DNA of 64,000 bases from contig CBFFRP010000169.1 in assembly GCA_965644295.1 (NCBI GenBank), forward strand, positions 124,001-188,000, read 5' to 3'. The translations under genes were made by a program, and so were the position numbers. Positions 13,666 through 27,044 of the stretch are shown here, piece by piece. This stretch comes from Paraphysomonas bandaiensis (Eukaryota > Protista > Chrysophyceae). The notes beneath the pieces are model-generated. The model did no database searches and was not told the DNA's origin. It saw nothing but the letters and a program-made list of their open reading frames with translations. Each line of letters begins with the position of its first letter. Position 1 is the stretch's first letter.

Positions 13666-15567
13666 CTATGCCTCATTGTGATAAGACCCATAGTGGGGTA
13701 CAGAACGTGTAGGCTGTCTTGGTGAGCTACCAGTCCTGTTTGTACGAGAATAGCCATAAACAAGAGGAGATCTAGTCAAAGAAGGAGAGGCCATCGCCAG
13801 TTGAGTCTTCATGAAAGAGGCGGTACGCTCCATATCAGGAAATGAGTCGTCTTGATCGACTGTAGTATAGTCACCGTCACAGGTGGCAATAGATCCGTTG
13901 TACACAGCGGTTCCCAAAAACAGCACCTATGAAACAACGCTATAAGCCAACAGTGTGCTACTTAGAATGGAACACTTACCATGAGGCCACAGAACTGGAG
14001 CCAACTAGCAGCAGTCCACTTCTCACCAAACCCTAAAAAAATTTACATTCAATAACAATTTTGCTGGCTTCACACCTGAATCTGGAGCTATAAAGTAGTA
14101 AATAGAGAGTCCCAGTCCCCTACGTTAATGCAAGTTATACCGCATGCGCATTTTTATATTGAAGAACGCTTACCATACTGTAATGGGTCTAAAGAAGCCA
14201 GATGTCAGCACAGTGAGCACATTATGCAAATGACATTCGTCAGACGGTAAAAGTAAACAAAAGAGTATGTATATAAAGCGCATACATTTACACAACTAGT
14301 CACACACTGGCCCACTCACCTGAAGTTATCAAGAATAGCATGCCAGATGGCCGAGAGGTATTTCGTAACATAAACGGCCATGCAGTTATATCCGGTCACA
14401 AACAACACAAAGCAGAGGGCAATAGCCTATATGACACGGTAAATTTATATTCCATTAGGAAATTAAAACACACAAAGCATTATTTGTTTGGAAACAAAGT
14501 TGGCATTGTGCAAGCGTACCGTTAGCGTTGACGAATTGCTGATCATTGCCAAGGAGTCAAAAAAATTCTCGTAGCTGCCATTATCCTTGCCTGGAATAAT
14601 ATAAGCCATTGGGTACACTAATACAACGGTAAGAATGGTTCCCCAGATTCCCTCCATGCCTATAACCACCTGGACATTTTGAAACATTATAATATCTTTA
14701 GTGAAGACGACAGACAGAAATATACATAGACGACATTTTCATGAACAATATCAGAATTTAACTCACCAGTGGAGGAGCATTGTCCACATCCATGACCTTT
14801 TCTTCAAAAACATATTGAACTCCCTGAGCTAAACATCCTAACACTACAAGGAATATTCCCACACGCGGGTCTCTTCCGTTGCTTTGTGCATCATTGCTAG
14901 CGGGCTGAACGAAAGAAGTCGACGCAACTAGGATCATACTGGCTGTAATGATACATACTCCAACCCACATATGATTACGGAGACGGTGATTCAAGACACC
15001 TGGCCAAATTAATCAGAAAACTAACGAGATGCCAACTATATAATAGCAAACATAAAGTACACATGGCCTATCAGAAAATCAAAAGCCCAAATTACATACT
15101 ACAGTACATAAAGTGTTACCTTTTTTAAGTACTGCAGTCACAATGATAACAGTTCCTCTCATCATTTGCCACAATGATGCAGTGATATATATCTGTGCCA
15201 CAAGCAACAACAGCGTGCAAAGAAGGTCACATACACATGGGACAATCAAACTTATCATAGTGCTCATGGTAACAACATCTCGTTGATGAACTGGTAACGT
15301 CGATTGCTGAATCTTCCAGAATATAATAGCAGGTACCATTCCACTGAACATAAGTAACAGCATCATAATCGGCTTCTCGAACAGCTTGCTCTCCCCATCC
15401 AGACCCTCTGATGAAGTCTCAAACGCCATCTTTCCCAACACGGCACTGAAAGTACCGCAAATTAATCCAAAAAAGAAGACAAGTCCACCTTCAAATGAAC
15501 ATCCAGCTTCTTCTTTATGTCCATCTTGATCTCTAATAGTCTTGCGTTCATTATCTATTTCTCCCAT
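13666..15567 (-). CDS. DMT-superfamily transporter, SLC35F-like (multi-exon)
   Basis: Multi-TM exons with FEKPIMMLLLMFSGM, PCVCDLLCTLL, ASLWQMMRGTVIIVTA, QGVQYVFEEK and GMEGIWG, characteristic of SLC35F6-like/nucleotide-sugar-transporter-fold proteins. Confidence 0.85.
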
Positions 15568-16642
15568 AATGAAATCCTGTATGTGTATGTATGTATGTGT
15601 GTATGGCTCAGGTAGAGTGAGATGAGAAGAGTCAATGAAGGAATGCTCGTCTTGATATATGCAGCAGTTGCAATATGACTGTACAGTATCAGTGATAGTG
15701 TACGATAAGAGTGTGATCTCTCTCTATGAATCCACTGGCCACTGTACGTATGTATGTATGTATGGACTCATCTGCAAGAAGGGACCATTCACTGTATCCG
15801 AGTATACCAGCTACAGTCTACAGTACACTGCTGTACGTGGGTATGTGTGTATGTATATGTATGTAATTGCACAAAGATTTGCTCACATGTGTTTCTGATG
15901 ACGTTTTCTTTGTCAATTTTCCTTGAAACCATATAAATTTACGGAAATCCTTTATTTTTAATGAAATCTTTGCATAAAAACGAGGTTATTTACATATGAA
16001 AACGTGGCTTCACACATATGTTTTTGTACATGTCCAATAGAATTCCTTAAATTGGAAAGGAAAGGATATAATTCGTTATTCTCACTCTGCCGTTGGTATC
16101 ATTGAGTTGGCCCAAATCTTATTGCTTGGAAGGGGATCTATACATTGGGTTCCGACAAGTCTATTGGTTCAAGACTTTTAATGACTCCTTTCCACATACA
16201 GATGTTTGGTTTATAATTTCTTGATGTATGGAAGTGATTTATAGTGGTTTAGGGTGCTCTAGTCGTGCTCTATGGCGAACCGGAATGAATATATAGATAT
16301 ATAGCATATATAAGAATATCCGATGACTTAGGTGTGTAGTTTTACTTTTCATAATTTGGTTAAATCCCATCTTTCATCTACTTTTCGCTAAAACCCACCC
16401 AGTTTTCTATGGAATATAGCACGTCGATAGACACACTTAGTATCTTTAGAGCTTTACTCAGTAGAATTCCACAAGACCATATATTGGCTTCTTAATATTC
16501 TTTGCAACTATACATTATGTAGTCTATAGACCTTAATATTAGAGTATATGCGCGTTATAGAAACTGGGCAATAATGAAACAAAAGTGCTATATCAATTTA
16601 CAATTCACCTATTATCATTATTTAATATAAACAAGCATCAAA

Positions 16643-17808
16643 CTAACTGTTCTTCAACAAGATACTGCTGCCTAATATTAAGAAGTTTTTTAACTCACTA
16701 AAAGTAACGATACTATTCGCTGCAAAGACATTGCCAACTTCATTTTTTGCATTGCTCGTCTTAGTAATAATGGATTTGAAAACCCTTTCTCCCGCCCATG
16801 ACATTCCTTCCGTCGGTACCAACTGCAAGAAATACCGTATAAGTTAGCGTCCATGGATCGTGAAGTAATTATAAGGCCCCAGAATAAGATACACACATTG
16901 CATGCCGCACATAGTTTACTAATACAATAACACCCACCTCTACGCGGAGCTCAACCCTTTTCGAGATTGGAGGATTCAAATCCATTACTCGGCGAAAAGA
17001 GTCACTAACTAGATCAGCCTGCATAGCTGCGCAGTATATCGACACTAACAACGTGGATCTAAATTTCTTGGGCTTTTGAGATAAGACAGCTACACGCAAT
17101 ATATAAATACACATCACATTACAGGTGAAGCAGTAAGACATATGGAGTATTAGAATACGGTGCATGATAGAGTACGGAGATGTGACGGCTACCTTCAATA
17201 GTCTGCCTGATGGACACCATCGTTTCGAGAATACTCTTATCCAAAGTAGAAGACACTTCATTTACAACTAACACATTTCTGCCCGCCCTTGCTCGCAGTT
17301 CCTTTTCAACATCGTAGAAACTATCCAGATGCGTATTCAAATACTGAGTATTGTCGTAATATGATTCATCGAACATTCTTGAAGAAACGGCAAGGAAGAC
17401 ATCTGTATATTGCTGCTCAGGGTTGAACTCGTTAAGGTTCGCATGATGAGCTCCATTATATCTCTCAATAGCTTGCAGTGTACCTCTACGAGATATCTCA
17501 TAGAAACCAGATTGAGGATCGGCTGTTATGGAAGCCCCGCTAAATACAACACTCACCCTTTGAATAGTATCCATGCCTCGCATTACATAGGGCAATTTGT
17601 ACTTAAGTCTTTCTATTTCTATGAGTCTTTCTTCTTTAGATAGGGCTTCTCTATTGAAAAATTGACTGAAAATAGCATCTCGTTTAATTATGAATATGAT
17701 GAGCATCAGAGTCGCCACTCCGCAACATATGACTACTTTGGATAACTCTTTACCGTAAGACTGGTATGCATACGAGGTGCCTATCAAAGGCTTATGCCGT
17801 TTGCCCAT
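16643..17808 (-). CDS. Hypothetical type II membrane-anchored protein (multi-exon; 3' exons uncertain)
   Basis: First exon of about 230 codons from ATG 17808 with a single TM segment (VVICCGVATLMLIIFII). Coding-like downstream ORFs at 16869-17100 and 16643-16830. Confidence 0.6.
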
Positions 17809-17904
17809 TGATATCAAGCTTCACTGATAGGAAGAAGCAGTCTATGTATGTATGTGTTTCTTTACAAGCGATTTGGTTACTCTAACCACATCTTGTAGTA
17901 CACA

Positions 17905-18086
17905 GTAGCCCGGACCAATACGGACCAACATCCGTGTACCGGATATACAATAAAAGAGTAGCCCGGATGAACACGGACCAATATCCGTCTATCGGATCCA
18001 ATCTTTCTCCTATCTACTCTACTCTACCCACTACAACCTCTTCATCACACCGTCCACATGTAACCCGTTACCGGACCACTAGCCGT
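17905..18086. promoter_or_regulatory. Cluster of CGG-N8-CCG inverted motifs in the divergent RRP1 promoter
   Basis: ACGG ACCAACAT CCGT at 17920-17935, ACGG ACCAATAT CCGT at 17973-17988, CCGG ACCACTAG CCGT at 18071-18086. Confidence 0.5.
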
Positions 18087-18236
18087 ACGTCTCTACATTC
18101 ATTCGATTGGTCGAGAAGGTGTGTTGAATGCCATCCATTTTAACGACTACCGATCCAGGTCTCTTAATCCATCGAGCCTCATCTCTAGATCACAACATCC
18201 AGTCAAATATATCGATAGATACATCAAACCATAATC

Positions 18237-20392
18237 ATGGATGATGAAAAACAATTTGCTAGAGCATTAGCTCATCCAGATAAGACTGTACGTGATAAAA
18301 CAGTCAATGAACTCAAGAAGTATCTCTCATCACTGAAAGATATCACAGATATCGATATGTTAAAGCTATGGAAGGCTCTCTTCTACTGCTTATGGCTTGC
18401 AGATAAAGGAATCGTTCAATTAGAATTAAGTGAAACACTCGCTAATTTAATACACTCCTTCTCTAAAGCATCCCTCGCATATGACAAATATCTCACTATG
18501 TTTTTTCGTACAATGATGAGAGAATGGCATCATTTAGATCAATATCGTCTAAATAAATTCTATTCATTGATACGATTCATGATACGACAAGCTTTAATTC
18601 GTTTACGTGATGCGAAATGGAATAAAAAACAAGTTACAATGTTTGTTGAAGCGTTATCTAATGAAGTGCTTACTAAACATCCAAATGGGCCTCGTTATCA
18701 TATGTGTGACATATACATCTCAGAGCTACACACTGCTACAGAAGGAGACTTGTCGACGGATCAATTTTTATTCCTTCTGAGCCCATTTTTCAAGTCATTG
18801 GGATGTGCTGATGATGCAGTGTACCACACAAGGGTCTGCAGTAAGGTGTTTACAACTTTCATCAACTCATACTCTAGAGAACAAGCCCAGGTCGCAGCCA
18901 ACAGTATGAATGGGGATGGCGATGAATCCAATGCACCGACTGTATTTGACAAAGTATCTAGCGTGAAGTTGCAGCAAGCTCTGTTTGACATTGCGAGTAG
19001 TGATGATAACGAAGTCTGCCATGACAGGTATGCTAAAGTACTGCATTGTTTTAGTTACCATTGTTTCACTTTATATCTACTACAGACATCGCCGCAAGAT
19101 ATATGCTCTCCACTCGGAACTACAGCGTGTCACGAAGGTTCAGATTGCCGATGATGATGCAGTGGCGAAAGACCTAGCGCAGATCGATCCAGCTACTTCA
19201 AGTGACTCCTCTTCGGCACCTAGTTCAACAAAAAAGAAGGGAAAGAAAACAAAACGAAGTGAGGTCGAAGAAGAAATCGAAGTGAGCACTCCTGCCGTTC
19301 CTGAAACTGCAGAGAAAAAGAAATCCAAAAAGTCAAAACGAACTGAAGGCGAGGTGGAAAACAACGAAGTGAGCACCCCGGCCATCCCTGAGACTTCCGA
19401 GAAAAAGAAATTGAAGAAGAAAAAGCTGGATGAAGTAACAGAAGTTGGAATCAGTAATCATGATGCCAAAGTCACGAAGGAAGTAAAGAAAGAAGTGAAA
19501 GTGTCTGTGAAGGATGACGTGACCAGTACAGTTCAACAATCTGCTCCCCAGAAGTTTATTGCTTCATCGAAGTTTGCGGGCGCTAAATCTGGATATGTAT
19601 TTAAGAAGGTATGCTAAACTGTGAAACTCATAGACTACTATGGTATTGATGTAGTGGTCATTGACTGTGTCGTAAACTTCGTTTATGTAGATTAATATGT
19701 AATTGTGCAGGGACCAAAGGGGATAGGATACTATATAGACAAGTACGCCAAGTCGACGGCTGTGACAGCGACTACTCCTGCCAAGGGCAACAAGAGGAAG
19801 GCTGAGACACCGTTATCTGCAGAAAAACAGGTTTAGTGGCAGCGCAATTGTGTATTACTGTAGGGCTTATATGTACATAACTGTAGGATGGTGGGGCTCA
19901 GAGCAAGAAAAAAAAGTCAAAGAAGGCTAAGACTGTGGAAGTCGAAGTTGCTGAGACAGATTCTGATGAGAACAGGAGAGTGAGATTTGGAGAGCTCTAT
20001 GCGAAAGGTGATTGTGCTGCTGGATTGTTTTCTATATACATTATCACCGCAGTGTGTTACGTATTCACAGTGACAGTACAGCACTGACCCGGTTTATATG
20101 TACAGAGTACAGGGAATCCGTTCAGGGGCTAAAGACAGCATCACCCGATCTGCGTATTACACCTGCTAAAAGTGCTATTAAGACAAAGAAACCCGTCAGC
20201 ACATCCAAGTCAAGTACCTCTAAGAAGTCGCGTAAGTAGACAAACGATTGATACAATGAGTAAGTGCTGAGTGTCCGCTGGTTACCTTTGTAATGATTAC
20301 CAGTGAAATGTGATAGTGTATTGCTAATCGTTGTATTGTGTACAGATAAGTCAAAATCTAGTCCTCGATCTAAGGCTTCGGACTTCTTCTGA
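18237..20392 (+). CDS. RRP1: Ribosomal RNA processing protein 1 (Nop52 domain), about 6 exons
   Basis: FARALAHPDKTVRD, LKLWKALFYCLWLADK and REWHHLDQYRLNKFYSLIR identify the Nop52 domain. A Lys-rich tail carries an RVxF motif (RRVRFG), and the last exon ends RSKASDFF* at 20392. Confidence 0.9.
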
Positions 20393-20598
20393 TTTCGTGT
20401 GTGTCGCTGTAGTTATGTGATGTAGCTGTAGTATCGGCACAAGACGGATACATAGGTAGATACTTATATAGTAGCTAATATCTGAAGAAAGAGAAGTACC
20501 GTTCGTCTCATTTTAGGTGAACTATTTCTTTAGTAATTATAATGTCGTATATATTATACTTTGATGTTTGTGGGTTTTGTAATCCACGTGCTATATAT

Positions 20599-20635
20599 TG
20601 AATGTCTTTTTATTTAGCAATAGGCGTTAAAAATT
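20599..20635 (-). repeat. Short terminal fragment of the Copia LTR family
   Basis: tgaatgtctttttatttagcaataggcgttaa matches the LTR terminus at 47213, 50881 and 52284. Confidence 0.6.
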
Positions 20636-20980
20636 AAAAACTCGTTCCGATATAGCGAATCCACGTGCTATGTCTTTCTCACTTTGGAAGCCTGTTTGAA
20701 AATATCATGCTAAGAATGATAGCAAGCCCTTATACGAATTAGCATTCATATAGTAGAGGCAATGTAGTAGTAATACACGAGATAGAACTAGAAGCTACGA
20801 GTATTTCTAGAGTGTTGAGGTGTGCTTATTGTGAGCAATTACTGTGATTTAAGATTTCTGAGTTGTAATCGTTGGTAATGAATTCAGTGATCATATACAG
20901 TAATTTATGAATTTTAGGACTAGCTGAATTCCGCTGTATTACTTCGAAGGGTCAAAGTTTAGAAGTTGATATTAGTAGTA

Positions 20981-21400
20981 AATGTCTTTTTATTAGCAAT
21001 ATGCGTTTAAGAGGCAGTACTGAACTCTGATATCCTACGAAAGCTGCTTTTGCATCACCACAAGCGTCAAGGTGAAACCACTTTCGCTCCATCACTACAA
21101 GCAAACACAATGAGCAAGCAAAATGTTGATATTCCTGACATCTGCTGACTCCAGGATTTTTGAGTCCTTCAGATGAACAGCCCGGATGCTTGACTTCAGT
21201 AGAGGCAACCCAATACCCCGGATGTCTGTTTATTCGTCAGGGCCCAAAGACTTCTATACAAGTGTCCCTTGTACCACACAAGCATTTGGCTATATGAGTG
21301 GGCAGAACATTTTCTGCCGACTATATATGCGGCTCACGTTAGTTTCCCGGAAAAATATGTCCGGTACTTATCCCCCAGAACACCACGAATAGGTGCGAGA
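20981..21400 (-). repeat. Degenerate Copia LTR family copy
   Basis: ctacgaaagctgc, cccggatgcttgacttcag, gtttattcgtcagggcccaaagac and ccggtacttatcccccagaacaccacgaa match 47340-47700. Confidence 0.8.
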
Positions 21401-21804
21401 TATAGATTCCAAATTTTATCTTCGAATGAGTACAGGTAAACAATGAAGGACTTCTACAATAATCAAGAAGCATGAAATTTATTCCAGTAAACCGATATTC
21501 CATTGATTATTCAGACTCTCTATGAAATCTAAACCAGCCAATCAGGACGTTGTCTGGTAAAAGTCCAGCTTAACGTATTGCCATAAGTGCAACTTCATAG
21601 CAAACAGAAACGTATTTATTACAACTGTTTATGATGTTTGTATATATAATACGCAACATAATGTGCTTCACACAACGGCACAAAAGACAGCTACTACGGA
21701 ATTCACGCATATCATGACACCTTTAAGTTTACATGACGCAGTTTTCGTATATAATTACATGATTTGTAATACGCAGTACGGATCGTATATATAGAATTTG
21801 AAAT

Positions 21805-24800
21805 CTAATTTCTGTATCGTTCCATTCTCTCCCTAAGCTTCTGCTGCATAGCGATCATATCTTTTTGGAGAGAGGACGCCTCGTCTTCAAATCCGTCATC
21901 TGTTTCTGATACTATGTCATATCTGTGTTTTCCTCTTGTGGCACCAGTACTTTTGTCGGCGTTCTGATCCCCAGAAGGTATATTGTTCTCAGATGCAAGT
22001 CCAGAACGTGCAGCAGCTCTCCTTCTCTCCGCAAATAACAAGTCCGCCGCGCTACTCCTAGTAGATGAATGTTTACCGTTACTGATTGTACCACTATTCT
22101 CTGGCATTGGAGAAGGTAGAGGAGGTGGTGGAGGAGGAGCGCTGTCGGCAACATCGCGAGTTTCTTGGTCGTGGCTGGGTTCCGGACTGGCGACATACTC
22201 ACTTTTACTTTGAGAAGTTAGCGGAGCTTCCCTGATAGGGGTGTCGTTAGATACTTCCACATTATCATTATTTCTTTGTGTGCTATTGGAGACAGAAGTA
22301 CGAAATTCTGACACTGTTACAGAGCTGACTACCGGATGTCGGACCTCTTTGCTCCGCCTTTGTGTCTCCGCCTCTTCAAACTGGCGCTCTGCGGACTCCA
22401 CGACAGATCTGAGCATCTCCCGTAGCTCAGCCGGTGTATTCACGGAAACAGCGCCTTCAGCTACACGATTCACATGCTGCCACCATTCCTCATTGTCATC
22501 ATCTTGCTGTTGAGACCTTTCCACATCCGATCTATTTTCCCTGTCAGAGTCCAAAGCTGCTTGTTCCGCGACTTTGTTGCCGCCAACAATTCTACTCGAA
22601 TCGCCAGCATCATTCCTTGTGACTGATGTTGAGTCCGTGTCCATCATGCGAGTAGTGATCCTCTTCTTTTTACCCTTTCCGTCTGCGCTACTGCTACTCC
22701 CCGAAACCGCAAAGTATCCCGGAGGATATAGAGAGTCTGCACCGTCACCACTGGGGCTTCTGTTTCTAGGAGCAAGGGCTGTATCCTTGTTAAGCATTAG
22801 TTCATCGTGTGCAAAGTCCCACCCCGGAGCTTCTGTTGAGAACGACGTAGAGATGGACACAGAGGCCGACCCCTTCATTGGAGAAACAGCACGACTCTTT
22901 CCCTTTGCTTCAAATCTAAACAAGTGGTATTTGCCCATTGATATCCTGTCAAAATGACGGAGGTAAAACCTTTCCGTTGATCCCTCAATAGGTGGTGGCA
23001 ACAACTGCCCGTTTACGTACACCTTGGCCTCTTCACAACTAGCAGTTATGTATACACAATCACTTTCATTGTGCAGTAGGCAATGCTTAGAGAGAATGTC
23101 TGGGCCAGAAAGAAGGATGTCCACATCTACTTCACTACTGCCCGCAGTCGCCACCCCCTTCGGAATGTAGTATACTAAACATTCCGAAAAGAGTGGGTCC
23201 TGGTTCAAATTAATAAGCCGGGGAAGACTTGTGTCAATAGCATCATCCGCAAGAACCACATAGGGTTGACTCCTCATACCCATCCTGCTACTGGTAACAC
23301 CATCCAAATTCGCAGAACTGCTTTGAGCAGTTGACGAGGTTGAGGACGCATAGGATGACCGCGGATCGTCGAACTTCGCATCCAGCCTTGATTGCTCAAG
23401 GTTCTTAATCAGTTCCTCCCTCTCCGCTAATTGCTCCTCCAGCTCAGACACACGTGCTCTCATCTCTCTTACAATTTCCATTGTCTCGTCGCTCCCATCC
23501 ATGCCCCCCATCCCAACCCTCTGCTGCGCCTGAAGCATCTGTCTCAGTTTCTCCACTTCCGCTTGTAGCACGGGCACCAACTGCATAGCACCACCATCGG
23601 ATGCCAACAGACCGGAAGTCACATTTGCCGCTACCCGCATTCGAACTTTCTTGGCGTTGTCCGCGTATTTGAGAGTACTGATAGTTTCCTCATAGTCCAT
23701 ACTGCTTGGGCTGACTGCTGCAACCACTATAGTGCACTCAGTTACTACACCCAGAGAAATTCACACAAGACTTACTTGCTGTTCTTGAATTCCCACCAAG
23801 GGAGTTTCGCAGCACCATTGTGAGCACAGAGTTCCTGTATGGGATATGACCAGGGGATTTCTGCTTGGATGCTTCTCCCAGACATTTAATCACGTCACCC
23901 AGCACACTCAAACTAGAAACAGAAATTTATGCTGACACAAAATGAAGAGTTTAGTACCTTTTGTTAATATTGTTTGCCTCCCGCAATCTCATCCCGACTG
24001 CACCAGAATGAGTTACTCTTTCTGATCCGGCAAGGTCTACTAAGTGCACTTTACTCAGCTTCTGCCTCAACGCAGATGTACGCAGTCCATCCAGAGGGGC
24101 ATCCCTAAACCTTTGTCGCACTGATAATGTCACAATCGCATGAGACCGTGAACTCTGGACGTTTGCTTTCGTACTGGCGACAGCGCGACTCTTGTTGCCT
24201 ATGGTTATGAGAGAGAGGATATCCTCAAAATTAGTTACGGCTACAGTAGTGAGATGAGTAATATAGGTGCCCTCGCGTGGATCTTCCCGAACTTTGAGAA
24301 CAGCGTTGTTGTGCGGAGAAAGGCAGTCTCTGTAATCAAAATTACATCATGACACCAAACATGCAAAAAAAACGCCGTATAAAAAATTACTTATCCAGCC
24401 ACATATATTACATGTCATGTGCGCATGAAAAGTAATGCCACTACACCAACCTTAAATTCTCGTTGTAAATTTCGAGAAATGAGAATTCCATGGAACACTC
24501 AGTCGACCCTTCCTCCTCGCAGGCCTCGAAGTGCTCAAACAACCCAAAGCATATACGGGGAATTAGTCCAAACTCGGCCGGGTTATCCGTACCCATCATC
24601 GTAAAACTCTTTCTATACATACACACGATGTTACTCATAACATATCGCTATACAGTGTCTCCAAGCCAACGTACCCAGCCCCAGTCTGCCCATATGCCAA
24701 CACACAAGAATTAAACCCCCCTATTGCCCATTCAACAACTGGTTTTCCCATCGTTTCAAACACTTGTTCCTGTGATTCATACACCTCACTATCCTCTGTA

Positions 24801-25057
24801 CATAACAAACAATGATCATATGTAAAGTTTCTCGCCCAACAACTTGGATCGATGTGTCGTAACTCCGGACGAGATAAGGCATCAATACCAGTTGGATCCC
24901 ATATTGTGACTGTATTGGGACGATTCTCATCTATTTGAATGATATTCTGATGTCCTCTCATGCGCTCTGTGGTGTTTAATGGACGTATACGTACCGCTAT
25001 ACGAATCTTTTCATTTGATGTATGTGTAGAAGGAGAGCGTGATGTCGACCCTTTCAT
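21805..25057 (-). CDS. Kinesin-3 family motor with FHA domain (multi-exon)
   Basis: [10 protein letters not shown]-loop GQTGAG/KS split by an intron, [26 protein letters not shown] and [11 protein letters not shown], then [19 protein letters not shown] and an FHA domain, as in KIF1/KIF13-type kinesin-3. Confidence 0.92.
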
Positions 25058-25606
25058 TGTATATGGGGGGAGGGGAGGGATGTCTGAAGGGTACGGGATG
25101 TGTTTCAGGGTCTCTCAGGACCTGGTATATCTAATATACACTCTACAGCTAGATTATGGTACTCTTCTCTCTATATACACAGCAGTCCACTGCACATATT
25201 CCATATATGTATGAATACACGTACGTACATACATGTATGTATATTCCCATACATCATCACTGGGTTTTAGTTTGGTTTTCAACCTCTTGTAGTTTTTAGG
25301 TCTATTTTCATAACGTCTACATCCACAATATCAGGGTATAGTGTTGAAATATACCTATTTCTAGGAATATTGACGTTTTCAACAGTCTCATGTATAAAAC
25401 TTGGCAATTTCTATAAAGTCTATAGTATAAATACGGTCACAACGGACAGCGAGTTTCTTGCAGTCATATATATATATACATACATATATGCAGACTGCTC
25501 GACGAATAGATCATATATACAACATAAGAAGACATCGTTCCTGTATTGTGTATATCGCATTGTGTGACAAGTCTCTGCGTGGGTTGAAACTATAGACAGT
25601 ATTAAT

Positions 25607-26131
25607 ATGAAGATATCAGCCGCCCATATTCTTCTTATCAATATATGCGCAGTGTTATCATACCCAGAAGGGAGTTTAAGATGTTATCACACCACTGCCC
25701 GACCTGATAGACAAGTGATATGTCCTCAGTCCAGGTATGCATGTATGCAGTTAACTCATACGACTGTATTAATACAACAAACAACAATGAAACAGAAATT
25801 CATACTGTATGAAGGAAGTCACTAACTTACCCCAGTCTTTGTGTGGGAAAACTCAGTATTTTGGGGATAGATTTAAATTTGGGGAATGTACTTACAAGAA
25901 GTGCATTAATGAGTGTGTTGAAGGTGAGTATCAGTTCGAGTTTGAAGGGCAAAAGTACAACAGGAAAAGATTTTGTTGTAACAATGAGAACCTATGCAAT
26001 GGTAGGTATCTGCGAAATTATATATTCTTGGACATCACATATATTTGACAGGTGGTAGTTCGCTTCGAAACCAGATGTCGTTGGGCCTCGGGACAGTAGC
26101 AGTGGCAGTAGCCTTATATGCGCTTTTGTGA
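25607..26131 (+). CDS. 137-aa secreted, probably GPI-anchored 10-Cys protein, three-finger (Ly6/uPAR)-like
   Basis: Exons 25607-25734, 25796-26001 and 26052-26131 join in frame via GT-AG introns: signal peptide, SLRCY...CCNNENLCN, then GGSS and a hydrophobic C-terminal tail. Confidence 0.78.
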
Positions 26132-27044
26132 TTTTGCTACTTTTGTTGTTTAATCGATTGTTCTAGGCGAGTAGAGAAGAAGATATCATTATCTAATGAA
26201 AGTGTATATTTTATTACTGAATGTAACTGTGAACAGATAAAACATGACTGTAATATTGGTATTACTGACTTCTACTCAGCATACTGTTGTTCGAACTCTA
26301 GTCATTATTTGGAAAAAGTTTTGCAATGACTCTCAAAATTCAGAGAATAAATATATCACAGCATTAAAAAGATAATAAAATAACTGATGTATGCACTGCA
26401 TTGAATGTTTGACTGTAATCTTACTGCTTTAGTGAGGAACAAAACAAGATATATGACTCCGTCCGAACAGCACATAACGAATAATCATCTTCCTTATAAC
26501 AATATATCAATAATACTACAAAATGCTGTGATGATGTCGAGAAACTGATATAGTTGATCTTTCAAGATATGTTTGGTAGTGAGTGGTAATGTAGGAGATT
26601 ATGCGTGGAGCAAAATGAGATTGTGTTGTTTGTCACAATTCGTCTAAACGATATTAATTAATCTATCTAGTCTAACGACCAATTCTCTCAGATCTAGTTA
26701 AAGAATGAGCAATTTCCAATATGTTAAGTATTTAACATTTAATAAGATTTATTGGCATTGAATGCAAATATAGTGAATATTTACTGTAACTACTCTCACA
26801 CACCTTCATCGATAACAACTACCTTCAAAACTTCTCACATGCCAAACTGAGACATGTAAAACAACATTAAATTGCAGGTCTCACAATGTCACAAAAGTGT
26901 CTACTATAGCACAGATCATACCACTAGTGGTACAGTTACTATTCTCTGTACTTATGACTCACATCATAACATAGTTTACGTTATGCTACAAGACTACAAC
27001 TATAAACATACACATGACTAAATATTCTTCCAGTTGGGTGTGAT

